A stretch of 64,000 bases of DNA from an uncultured Ohtaekwangia sp. (GTDB lineage: Bacteria; Bacteroidota; Bacteroidia; Cytophagales; Cyclobacteriaceae), in the NCBI GenBank assembly GCA_964387475.1, contig CAYLWU010000017.1:17464-81463 (forward strand), written 5' to 3'. The notes beneath the pieces are model-generated. The model was not told where the DNA came from and made no database searches. It was given only the letters and a program-made list of their open reading frames with translations. The position numbers and the translations under genes were made by a program. The stretch's first letter is position 1; each line of letters begins with the position of its first letter. Shown here in pieces: positions 49,243-58,427 of this stretch.

Positions 49243-49334
49243 CGCTTCAATCGTTAGTTTACAGGCTTAACAGTGGTTACACCTGTTATGTTTAAAAGTT
49301 TTACTACAACCTTAAGCAGTTTTACTGAAAAAAA

Positions 49335-51767
49335 TTGAAGAATCACTCAATTCGTTCGGAATCATGGTTTTTATCGCAAGGGTGGGAGCCATTTCTTTTT
49401 CAGAAAGAAGCGTGGAGCGCCTACCATAACGGTAAAAGTGGCCTGGTTAACGCACCCACGGGCAGCGGTAAAACCTATTCATTGCTCTTGCCCATGCTTG
49501 AGTCGGGTTTGAGCGCCCCACCACGCGGCCTTCGCGCCATTTGGATTACCCCGATTCGCGCGTTGGCCAAGGAAATCGAGCTGGCGGCACAACGCGCGGT
49601 AGCGGGGCTGGGCTCGCAGTGGCAAATTGGGGTGCGCACGGGCGATACCAGTGTGGCAAAGCGCGCCAAACAAAAAGAAAAACCGCCACAGTTGCTCATC
49701 ACCACACCGGAGAGCCTACACTTGCTGCTGGCCCAAAAAAATTGCGCTGAATATTTTCAGCATCTGCAGGCGATTGTGGTGGACGAGTGGCACGAGCTGG
49801 TGGGTTCGAAACGCGGCGTGCAGATGGAACTTGCGCTGTCGCGCTTAAAATGCATATCGGCCGGGCTGCGGGTGTGGGGTATCTCCGCTACCATTGGTAA
49901 TCTGGAACAAGCGATCCATATCCTGCTGGGGGCCGACTATTACCGAAAACAACATGCTGTAATCCGGGCGAACATCGAGAAGAAAGTAGAAATTCATTCG
50001 CTGCTGCCAGATGAACTAGAAAAGATGCCCTGGGCCGGCCATATCGGAATTCAACTTATTGACAAAGTGCTTCCGATTATTGAGCGCAGCATGTCTACAC
50101 TCATTTTTACAAATACACGCTCATTTGCGGAAATCTGGTATCAAAAAATGCTTGCCCACGCGCCCGAACTGAGCGGGGTAATGGCTATGCATCACGGCTC
50201 AATGAGCCAAAACATGCGCGGCTGGGTGGAAGATCAACTGCATCAGGGAAAACTTAAGGCGGTAGTATGCACCTCAAGTTTGGATTTGGGCGTGGATTTC
50301 CGCCCGGTAGAAACCATTATTCAAGTGGGAAGCCCGAAGGGCGTGGCGCGCTTTCTGCAACGCGCTGGCCGAAGCGGCCACCAGCCGGGCGCAGTAAGCA
50401 AAATTTATTTTCTGCCTACCAACTCGCTCGAGTTAGCCGAAGCTGCTGCCTTACGGGAAGCCATGCAGCGCGGAATTGTGGAGGACCGGGTGCCCTACAT
50501 TCGCTCGTTTGATGTGTTAATTCAATACTTAAATACCTTGGCCGTGGGGGCTGGTTTCCGTTCGGAGCAAGTACACGCCGAGGTAAAAAGTACATTTAGT
50601 TTTGAGTCGATATCTGAACAGGAGTGGGAGTGGGTGTTGCACTTTATCACCACCGGGGGCGCCTCGCTTACCGCGTACGATGAGTACCGGAAAGTGGAAG
50701 TGACGGACGGCGTTTATCGCATTACCGATAGGCGCATGGCGCTGCGTCATCGGCTTTCCGTGGGCACCATTGTGAGCGATACGATGATTTCCGTTCGGTT
50801 TCTCAGCGGTAAGCAGTTGGGTTTCATTGAAGAGTATTTTATTTCTCGTCTCCATCCGGGCGATGTGTTTTGGTTTGCAGGCCAGGCGTTGGAACTGGTG
50901 CGAATGGTAGGGATGGAAGCGCAAGTGCGCAAGTCGAAGAAAAAATCGGGTGCAGTGCCCTCGTGGCAAGGCGGGCGCATGCCGTTGTCATCCCGCCTAA
51001 GCGAAATGATTCGCTTAAAAGTAGATGAGAGCACCCGCGGTGCTGAAAAAGACCCGGAGATGATGTTTATTCGGCCGCTGATGGAGCTGCAGCGGCACCG
51101 CTCGCACCTGCCCGCGAAAAACGAGTTTTTGATTGAGTACCTGCAGACTTCGTTTGGATACCACGTCTTTATGTATCCGTTCGAAGGTCGCGCTGTGCAC
51201 GAAGGGCTGGCTGCGTTACTGGCGCACCGCATCGCGCGGATCAAACCCATTACCTTTTCGTTTGCGATGAACGATTACGGATTTGAGTTGCTCAGCGATC
51301 AGGAAATTCCGATTTACGAAGCCATCGAAACCGATATCCTCTCGCCCGATCATTTGCTTACAGATATCCAGGCCAGCATCAACTCCACCGAAATGGCAAA
51401 GCGTAAGTTTCGCGACATTGCCGCCATTGCAGGCTTAACGTTTAAAGGCTACCCGGGGAACCCCATCAAAGATCGCCACTTGCAGGCGTCCTCGCAGTTG
51501 TTTTTCCGGGTATTTCACGAACATGAATCGGGCAATCTGTTGCTTCAGCAGTCGTATGAGGAAGTGATGGATTTTCAACTGGAAGAACAGCGCTTACGCG
51601 CCGCACTCGATCGCATCTCCAAACAAAAAATTATCATTAAAGAACCAAGTAAACCCACGCCGTTCGCCTTCCCGATTTTGGTAGACGATATGATGCGGGA
51701 GAAGTTTACTTCGGAGTCGCTTATCGATCGCATCCGGAAAATGGCGGTAGAATATCAGTCCGATTGA
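49335..51767 (+). CDS. lhr: Ligase-associated DNA damage response DEXH helicase (Lhr-Core)
   Basis: APTGSGKT, TTPESL, DEWHE, SATIG, TSSLDLGVD and QRAGRSGH motifs. Confidence 0.93.
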   Translation: MKNHSIRSESWFLSQGWEPFLFQKEAWSAYHNGKSGLVNAPTGSGKTYSLLLPMLESGLSAPPRGLRAIWITPIRALAKEIELAAQRAVAGLGSQWQIGVRTGDTSVAKRAKQKEKPPQLLITTPESLHLLLAQKNCAEYFQHLQAIVVDEWHELVGSKRGVQMELALSRLKCISAGLRVWGISATIGNLEQAIHILLGADYYRKQHAVIRANIEKKVEIHSLLPDELEKMPWAGHIGIQLIDKVLPIIERSMSTLIFTNTRSFAEIWYQKMLAHAPELSGVMAMHHGSMSQNMRGWVEDQLHQGKLKAVVCTSSLDLGVDFRPVETIIQVGSPKGVARFLQRAGRSGHQPGAVSKIYFLPTNSLELAEAAALREAMQRGIVEDRVPYIRSFDVLIQYLNTLAVGAGFRSEQVHAEVKSTFSFESISEQEWEWVLHFITTGGASLTAYDEYRKVEVTDGVYRITDRRMALRHRLSVGTIVSDTMISVRFLSGKQLGFIEEYFISRLHPGDVFWFAGQALELVRMVGMEAQVRKSKKKSGAVPSWQGGRMPLSSRLSEMIRLKVDESTRGAEKDPEMMFIRPLMELQRHRSHLPAKNEFLIEYLQTSFGYHVFMYPFEGRAVHEGLAALLAHRIARIKPITFSFAMNDYGFELLSDQEIPIYEAIETDILSPDHLLTDIQASINSTEMAKRKFRDIAAIAGLTFKGYPGNPIKDRHLQASSQLFFRVFHEHESGNLLLQQSYEEVMDFQLEEQRLRAALDRISKQKIIIKEPSKPTPFAFPILVDDMMREKFTSESLIDRIRKMAVEYQSD

Positions 51768-51838
51768 GCTGGTTCAACCACGTCCGCAGCAAAAAAACGT
51801 TGCTTCAGCGCCGCGGTAAAAACGTAGGAAACGGGCCT

Positions 51839-53248
51839 CTAGAAGATCGAGCGGAACAACAGGAATAACGTGCCGGACAAAATCATCACCACGGGTAAAG
51901 TAAGAAACCACGCCAGCATGATGTTTCGCACCGTTTCGATTTGCAGATTTTTTACGCCTTTGTTGGCCACCATACTTCCGGCAATACCCGATGAAAGTAC
52001 CTGTGTAGTGCTTACCGGCCAGCCGTATAAACTGGAGAGGCCGATGGTGCTGGCCGCCACCAACTCGGAACTGGCGCCCTGGGCGTAATTCAGATGCTCC
52101 TTACCAATTTTCTCTCCAATCGTTTTTACGATTCGTTTCCATCCCACCATGGTGCCCAGACCAATGGAGAGCGCAATCATCACCACCACCCAGTAGGGAG
52201 AATAGTCGATGAGCTTGCGGAGTTTCTTGGTGCTGGCCTTCAATGTTACCTGATCTGTTTCGCTGAGATTGAGTTCTGGCGCTTCCAGAAGATCGCGTAC
52301 GTTGCGATCGATGAGCATAACATCTTTACGGATCAGAAAACGTTCATCTTTTGGCACATCGTTGATGGATGCCGCAGCCAAATGCGGGTGTAAGTCTTGC
52401 GTGAGTGCTAACGAGGCCGCAAGCGATTTTTTTCCAGACTCGGATAGCGGTTCCGGATTCACTTTTTGAAGAATCAGCTCAATGGTTTGGTTCGACTGCA
52501 CAAAGGCTTGTGGAGACTCGCCCGTGTTCAAAGCAAAATAACTCGGCACAATCCCGATCAAAATCAACATCACCAAACCCACGCCTTTTTGGCCGTCGTT
52601 CGATCCGTGCGAAAAACTAACCGCCGTAGAGGTGAGGATTAAAATGCTGCGAATCCAGGCTGGGGGCGGGGTGTCTTTTTTGGGTTCCTTAAAGAGATTG
52701 TCGGCATGTTTGGTCTTTCGGGTAAGCACCCGAATCAGGAACATCATGATGATCGTCATCGTGAAACCGATCAACGGCGAGATCAACAGCGAAAGGCCGA
52801 TCTTTTTGGCCTGACTCCAATCTACCGCTGCTTCGCCCGTGCCTGGCAGCAATGCATACGCAATGCCTACGCCCAAAATGGAAGCAATCAACGTGTGCGA
52901 ACTGGAACAAGGAATACCGTAATACCACGTAAGTAAATTCCAGAAAATGGCGCTAAAGAGCAGCGCCATCACCATCGCCAAACCGTGGGCGATGTTTTGG
53001 TCTACCAACGATTCTACTGGCAATAAATTGATGATCCCCACGGCAACGGTAATGCCGCTGAATAACACGCCCAGAAAATTACAAATGCCCGACCAAACCA
53101 CGGCCACCCACGGCTTAAGTGAGTTGGTGTAGATCACCGTAGCCACCGCATTGGCGGTATCGTGAAACCCATTTACAAATTCAAACCCACAGGCGGCAAC
53201 TAAGCACAGCACCAGCAAGATGGAGTAGGAGAGCTCGAGATCAAACAT
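51839..53248 (-). CDS. pit: Inorganic phosphate transporter (PiT family)
   Basis: NGFHDTANAVAT, PCSSSH, HGSNDGQK and PVSTT motifs; start ATG 53248 or TTG 53263. Confidence 0.93.
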   Translation of the reverse strand: MFDLELSYSILLVLCLVAACGFEFVNGFHDTANAVATVIYTNSLKPWVAVVWSGICNFLGVLFSGITVAVGIINLLPVESLVDQNIAHGLAMVMALLFSAIFWNLLTWYYGIPCSSSHTLIASILGVGIAYALLPGTGEAAVDWSQAKKIGLSLLISPLIGFTMTIIMMFLIRVLTRKTKHADNLFKEPKKDTPPPAWIRSILILTSTAVSFSHGSNDGQKGVGLVMLILIGIVPSYFALNTGESPQAFVQSNQTIELILQKVNPEPLSESGKKSLAASLALTQDLHPHLAAASINDVPKDERFLIRKDVMLIDRNVRDLLEAPELNLSETDQVTLKASTKKLRKLIDYSPYWVVVMIALSIGLGTMVGWKRIVKTIGEKIGKEHLNYAQGASSELVAASTIGLSSLYGWPVSTTQVLSSGIAGSMVANKGVKNLQIETVRNIMLAWFLTLPVVMILSGTLFLLFRSIF

Positions 53249-53350
53249 AGACAGTGCAGGCAAAGGTAGTCTTGCCAGTTGGGGCGAATGTTACGCCAAT
53301 ATTAACAATTATTACCCCGAAAATTTTGATTTTGCCGTAATTTCAACCTT

Positions 53351-53998
53351 TTGGGAGCTACGCTAACCATACACATTCAAGACGAAGAACTGCGGTTATT
53401 GCCGGACAAAGCAATTTTTTTGCCGCGACTAAAAACGCTGCTGCTGGCGGATTTGCACCTGGGCAAGATTACTCATTTTCGCAAATCGGGTGTGCCGGTG
53501 CCCACCGCCGCAAACGACCAAAACACAGCTGCGCTGATCGATGTCATCCAAAAAACGAAACCTGAGCGCACGATTTTTCTGGGCGATTTGTTTCACAGCC
53601 ACTACAATGAAGAGTGGGAGGTGCTCCGCCAGGTGCTTACGCATTTTGTTGGTTGCTCTTTTGAGTTGGTGGTGGGAAACCACGATATTCTCAGTCCGCT
53701 GCAGTACGCGCGTGTGGGAATTCGAATTCATGCTGAGCAGTTAATGCTTGCGCCGTTTTTACTTACCCACCAGCCGCTGGAAGAAAATCATTCGGGCTAC
53801 AATCTGGCCGGCCATGTTCATCCCGGAATTCGGTTGGTAGGCAAGGGCCGCCAGAGCCTGGTGCTGCCGTGTTTTTGGTTCGGTAGTAAAGGAGCCCTTT
53901 TGCCGGCTTTTGGTTCCTTTACGGGATTGTATCGACTGCCACTCAAGAAAAGCGATCAGGTATTTGCTATTGCAGACAATAATGTGATGAAGCTATGA
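53351..53998 (+). CDS. pdeM: Ligase-associated DNA damage response endonuclease PdeM (metallophosphoesterase)
   Basis: ADLHLGK..HFR..G, LGDLFH, GNHD, GHVHPG and LPAFG.FTG motifs. Confidence 0.92.
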   Translation: MGATLTIHIQDEELRLLPDKAIFLPRLKTLLLADLHLGKITHFRKSGVPVPTAANDQNTAALIDVIQKTKPERTIFLGDLFHSHYNEEWEVLRQVLTHFVGCSFELVVGNHDILSPLQYARVGIRIHAEQLMLAPFLLTHQPLEENHSGYNLAGHVHPGIRLVGKGRQSLVLPCFWFGSKGALLPAFGSFTGLYRLPLKKSDQVFAIADNNVMKL

Positions 53999-55302
53999 TG
54001 CGGATGTTTTTGATGGTGATGTGTTGGTGGGTGGGGCACGCAGCCGCGGCGCAGGATGCACGCCTGGAGTTGCTTTTTCTGGGCGACATTATGCAGCATG
54101 ATTCACAGATCGCTGCTGCCTACCGAAAAGAAACAAATGAGTACGATTACCGCGATTGCTTCCGGTGGATTGCTCCCCACTTGCGGGCAGCAGACCTGAC
54201 CATTGGTAACCTGGAACTTACATTGGCCGGTCCCCCGTACAAAGGGTATCCGCAGTTTAGCGCGCCAGATGCGCTGGTACGCGATTTAAAAAATGCCGGT
54301 GTTGATGTGTTGGTTACCGCCAATAATCACTCGATGGACCGTGGCAAGGCTGGCGTAGTGCGTACAATTGAGGTCTTGGCGCAAGAGCAACTGCTGGCTA
54401 CCGGCACGTTTAAAGATTCCACCGCCCGCGCCGGGCAGTATCCATTAGTGATAGAAAAAAATGGATTTCGGATCTCACTGCTCAACTACACTTACGGCAC
54501 CAATGGCATTGCCGTAACTCCCCCCGTGATTGTAAACCTGATTGACACCGTGCAGATCAAAGCTGACCTTCAGGCCGCGCAAAGCCAGAAACCCGATGTT
54601 ACCATTGTTTTTTTTCATTGGGGCGGCGAGTACCAATCGCAAGCCAACGCCTGGCAGCGGCGGCTAACGGAGCTTTGTTTTCGCGAAGGTGCCCAATTGA
54701 TCATCGGCGCACATCCGCATGTGCTCCAGCCGATGGAGTGGCATCCCGAAAAAAATCGATTGGTTGCCTATTCGTTGGGTAACTTTGTTTCCGGCCAGCG
54801 GCCGCGTTACCGCGATGGGGGCGCCACCTTACGCGTGGTGTTGCGTAAAGCAGTTACCGATTCGGTGGCCACCACCACCATCGAACAAGCCCGTTACCAT
54901 TTGCAATGGGTGCACCGCGATGCACGGCAGCATTATTTTGTGTTGCCCGCAGCCGACTTTGCTACCGATACCGTGCTGCTGGCTACACCCGTTGCGCGCC
55001 AGGCGCTGCAACAGTTTCTTAAAGATTCGCGTGATCTGCTTTCACTTTCAAAATCCAATTACGCTGTGACAGAAGACTCTGCGGCCGCATATCGGGTGTG
55101 GATTTCCAATGATGCTACGTTGCAGCCAGCAGCCCTTCTCGATTTTTACCAGGCCCAACGCGCAGATGTGTTTGGCGCGCCCGGCTGGGTAACCGGAGAA
55201 TTTTTAGACCCTGAAACTGCCTTACGCGCTGCGCACGACATTAGTCAGCAAACACCATATAAGCATGCAGCGGTACAGCGGCTATACCGAAAGCCCGATT
55301 AG
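53995..55302 (+). CDS. CapA/PgsA-family metallophosphoesterase with C-terminal extension
   Basis: GDIMQH, GNLE, ANNH, HWG.EY, GAHPHV and YSLGNF motifs; signal peptide. Confidence 0.9.
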   Translation: MMRMFLMVMCWWVGHAAAAQDARLELLFLGDIMQHDSQIAAAYRKETNEYDYRDCFRWIAPHLRAADLTIGNLELTLAGPPYKGYPQFSAPDALVRDLKNAGVDVLVTANNHSMDRGKAGVVRTIEVLAQEQLLATGTFKDSTARAGQYPLVIEKNGFRISLLNYTYGTNGIAVTPPVIVNLIDTVQIKADLQAAQSQKPDVTIVFFHWGGEYQSQANAWQRRLTELCFREGAQLIIGAHPHVLQPMEWHPEKNRLVAYSLGNFVSGQRPRYRDGGATLRVVLRKAVTDSVATTTIEQARYHLQWVHRDARQHYFVLPAADFATDTVLLATPVARQALQQFLKDSRDLLSLSKSNYAVTEDSAAAYRVWISNDATLQPAALLDFYQAQRADVFGAPGWVTGEFLDPETALRAAHDISQQTPYKHAAVQRLYRKPD

Positions 55303-55997
55303 CGTCTGCCGCGCGAGCCGCTGGTCATGATCACGCCAACCGAAAATTCAAGACCAGTGAAGTCGATCTTTGCGTCGGGAAAGGAAATGGGTTGCGTAAC
55401 CAAAGTACCTGTGGCATCTACGCCTGCAACCGTGCCGCTGAGTGGGAAGCGCGAGGCGCCCATCAGGTAATTGCCCTCAAATGAAATTCCGAATTGCCGG
55501 TTCACATAAAACAACAACTCGGCACCCACGTGATATCCCCAGCCGGGTTTGTTTTCGAAACTCAGGCTGCTGTTGGCGAGCGTCCAATTTTGGTGTTGGC
55601 GTAGTGCACGATCCATATTGCCGTAGTCGATGCGTTGACTAAAACCATGGAAGCCGAAGGCACCACCTTTGAGGTTAAACTCCGCGGACCGGCCGCGCAA
55701 TTGAAACACCAACTCAACGGGAACAAAAACGGTAAAGTTGGGCCCAGTCAGCGACTCGTTGGAAGTGAAAGGCAAATCGCGCATGCCTAGCCCGGCCATG
55801 CGGTAAAGCGTGATTCCTGTTTCGAAGGCGATAAATCGGTTAAGGTCAACGCCCACACCCCGAAAACTGAAGGGGCTAATGGGCGTAGAAAATGTGCCGT
55901 TACGCGGAATGAAATACGAGAACGACAATCCAAAATCCTGGGCTTGAACGGCCACGCTCAGCCAGCTACATACAACGAACCATCCGAATCGCTTCAC
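55299..55997 (-). CDS. Putative outer-membrane beta-barrel protein
   Basis: Signal peptide from GTG 55997 (VKRFG...VQA/QD); alternating beta strands ending in FTGLEFSVGV. Confidence 0.65.
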   Translation of the reverse strand: MKRFGWFVVCSWLSVAVQAQDFGLSFSYFIPRNGTFSTPISPFSFRGVGVDLNRFIAFETGITLYRMAGLGMRDLPFTSNESLTGPNFTVFVPVELVFQLRGRSAEFNLKGGAFGFHGFSQRIDYGNMDRALRQHQNWTLANSSLSFENKPGWGYHVGAELLFYVNRQFGISFEGNYLMGASRFPLSGTVAGVDATGTLVTQPISFPDAKIDFTGLEFSVGVIMTSGSRGRR

Positions 55998-56109
55998 ACG
56001 AAAAATTTTCGCAAGATAGCGCGCCTGCGCAGCAATCCAGAAATATTTCTCCAAACGCTGCATAGCTTGCGTACCATCCCTTAAATTTAAAGTTCTCAAA
56101 CCTCATCGT

Positions 56110-57813
56110 ATGAAATGGCATGTCGTCTTTTTTTTAGCTGTTGTTGTGTTGGCTGGCTGTGCCAAAAAACAACAAGCAGATTTGATCATTTATGGCGGCA
56201 CCATCTACACGGTGGAGGCTGCTAATCCTACGGTAGCGGCCGTAGCCGTGCGCGCAGATACGATTTTAGCAGTGGGTACGTGGGAAGAAATCAGCGCGTT
56301 GAAGGGTGAAGCAACCCAGTTGTTGGATTTGAAAGGAAAAACCATGACACCTGGCTTCATTGAAGGTCATGGCCACATCATGGGCCTCGGTTACAATGAG
56401 TTAAATATTGATCTGCTTGCCGTTACCAGCTACGATGAGGTAATTGCCAAAGTACGGGAGGCTGTTGCTAAGGCAAAACCCGGGCAGTGGATCGTGGGAC
56501 GCGGCTGGCATCAGGATAAGTGGGATACAAAGCCCGCCAAGATGTATAAAGGTTTCCCTTCCCATCATGCACTCAGTCAGGTTTCGCCCGATAACCCCGT
56601 GTTTCTACGGCACGCCAGCGGCCATGCCGGGTTAGCCAATGCCAAAGCGATGCAACTGGCAGGCGTAAATCAGCTGTCAAAAGAGCGTGTGAACGATGTA
56701 AGCAGCGATGGCGGTGAAATCATTCGGGATGAGTTGGGTAATCCTACAGGTATCTTTAATGAGCGTGCAATGACGGTTATTGCCGATAACATTCCGGAAA
56801 ACACAGCCGAGAATGACGCGCAAGCCCTGGAACTGGCCATGCAGGCCTGTGCGCGAAATGGTATTACGGGTTTCCACGATGCCGGCGCATCGCGTGAAAA
56901 CATCAACCTGTTTTATCAATTTAAAACGGAGGGTAAGCTGAAGACTCGTCTGTATGTTATGCTCACCGGTTTTGACCGGCCCATGGTGTACGAATGGTTC
57001 AAAAAAGGTCCGGATATCGATACCGCCCACTTGCTTACCATTCGCTCGGTGAAGTTGAATTGCGATGGTGCGCTTGGTTCGCGTGGGGCGTGGCTGTTGG
57101 AACCGTACTCGGATCGCCCGGATTTTTATGGGATGGCCACTTACCCGATGGATACGGTGTTAAAAATTTCACGGCTGGCATTGAAGGCAGGCTTTCAGGT
57201 TTGCGCTCACGCCATTGGCGATCGCGCCAATCAGGAAATTCTTAACCGCTATGAAATCGCCTTTGGCGAAGTACCCGATGTGGCAGATCACCGCTTCCGC
57301 ATTGAGCACGCGCAGCATCTCCACCCGTCCGACATTCCGCGGTTTGCGAAGTTGGGTGTTATTCCGGCCATGCAGGCCAATCACCTGAGCAGCGATCGGC
57401 CCTGGGCCATTGAGCGGTTGGGCGAGCAACGCATTAAAGAGGGCGCCTACATGTGGCAGTCGCTGCTCAAGTCGGGTGCGCGGATTGTTAATGGCACCGA
57501 TGTGCCCGTAGAGCCAATAAACCCGCTGGCCAGTTTTTACGCATCGGTTACACGCAAAACGCTGAAGGGCGAACCGGCAGGTGGCTACGAGCCTGAAGAA
57601 AAAATGACGCGCGCGCAGGCCTTACGCAGTTACACCCTCGATGCCGCGTATGGAGCTTTTGAAGATAAGATCAAAGGTTCGCTGGCGGTGGGCAAATTGG
57701 CCGACTTTGTGGTTTTTGATCAGGACCTGATGAACGTGGACGAAAATAAGATTTTAGATACCAGGGTGATGATGACAATTTTAGGTGGCAAAGTAGTTTT
57801 TGAGCGACAATAG
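56110..57813 (+). CDS. Amidohydrolase (YtcJ/amidohydro_3) lipoprotein
   Basis: LAGC lipobox; PGFIEGHGH, DGALGSRGA, HAIGD, RIEHAQ, GTDVP and GKLADF motifs. Confidence 0.92.
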   Translation: MKWHVVFFLAVVVLAGCAKKQQADLIIYGGTIYTVEAANPTVAAVAVRADTILAVGTWEEISALKGEATQLLDLKGKTMTPGFIEGHGHIMGLGYNELNIDLLAVTSYDEVIAKVREAVAKAKPGQWIVGRGWHQDKWDTKPAKMYKGFPSHHALSQVSPDNPVFLRHASGHAGLANAKAMQLAGVNQLSKERVNDVSSDGGEIIRDELGNPTGIFNERAMTVIADNIPENTAENDAQALELAMQACARNGITGFHDAGASRENINLFYQFKTEGKLKTRLYVMLTGFDRPMVYEWFKKGPDIDTAHLLTIRSVKLNCDGALGSRGAWLLEPYSDRPDFYGMATYPMDTVLKISRLALKAGFQVCAHAIGDRANQEILNRYEIAFGEVPDVADHRFRIEHAQHLHPSDIPRFAKLGVIPAMQANHLSSDRPWAIERLGEQRIKEGAYMWQSLLKSGARIVNGTDVPVEPINPLASFYASVTRKTLKGEPAGGYEPEEKMTRAQALRSYTLDAAYGAFEDKIKGSLAVGKLADFVVFDQDLMNVDENKILDTRVMMTILGGKVVFERQ

Positions 57814-57824
57814 TGGGGGGTGGT

Positions 57825-57869
57825 AAAAAAAAACGGGGCCCGCGCCAAAGGCGCGGGCCCCGTTTTTTT
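57825..57869. terminator. Bidirectional intrinsic terminator
   Basis: A-tract, CGGGGCCCGCGCC-AAA-GGCGCGGGCCCCG hairpin, T-tract; lies between convergent genes. Confidence 0.92.
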
Positions 57870-57879
57870 GTCCTCAAAC

Positions 57880-58272
57880 TTATTTCAAGAATTTGTGGGC
57901 ACGTTCAAAAATCAGTTTCCGATCGGCCGTAATGGTAGGGTCGCTGTAAATGCGCGAAGATAACTCCGCCACAACACCCTTTTTATATCCCAATTTTTCG
58001 GCAATTTCTTCGCAAAAATGAATCTCGCTGCGGAACACTTGACCGTCACTCTTCATGATCTGTATCAAATGGTAGAGGTTTTCAAATTTTTGGTCTTCCG
58101 ACAGCGCATTTAAGTCGCCAATGGGCCGAGGGCGCCGCAACATCTCCTCCAGGTCCGTATCAGAAATACCATTTGCTTTGCCAATCAATCGAATCACCTT
58201 GGCTTCTTTATCAGCAACTTTGCTGTCGCTCGCCGCCAAATTGATCAGTACATTCAGAGTTTCTTTAATCAT
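57880..58272 (-). CDS. TerB-like domain protein
   Basis: LAASD....KE and MKSDG....SE..F...IA..LG motifs. Confidence 0.75.
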   Translation of the reverse strand: MIKETLNVLINLAASDSKVADKEAKVIRLIGKANGISDTDLEEMLRRPRPIGDLNALSEDQKFENLYHLIQIMKSDGQVFRSEIHFCEEIAEKLGYKKGVVAELSSRIYSDPTITADRKLIFERAHKFLK

Positions 58273-58379
58273 GATCGTTAAAAATTTGCACGAAATAACT
58301 ATTTCCAGTTGGTGAAATTAGTAGAAAAAACCCGATTTTCTTACACTTTTGCAAAAAAACAAGACTTTGCAAACACCCG

Positions 58380-58407
58380 TGCAACTTGTTGGGTTGGTGT
58401 AAGTCTT
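58380..58407 (+). promoter_or_regulatory. Putative ECF-type promoter of the GIN-domain gene
   Basis: TGCAAC-N16-AGTCTT, about 20 nt before ATG 58428. Confidence 0.45.
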
Positions 58408-58427
58408 TGGTGAAATTGAATATCGAT

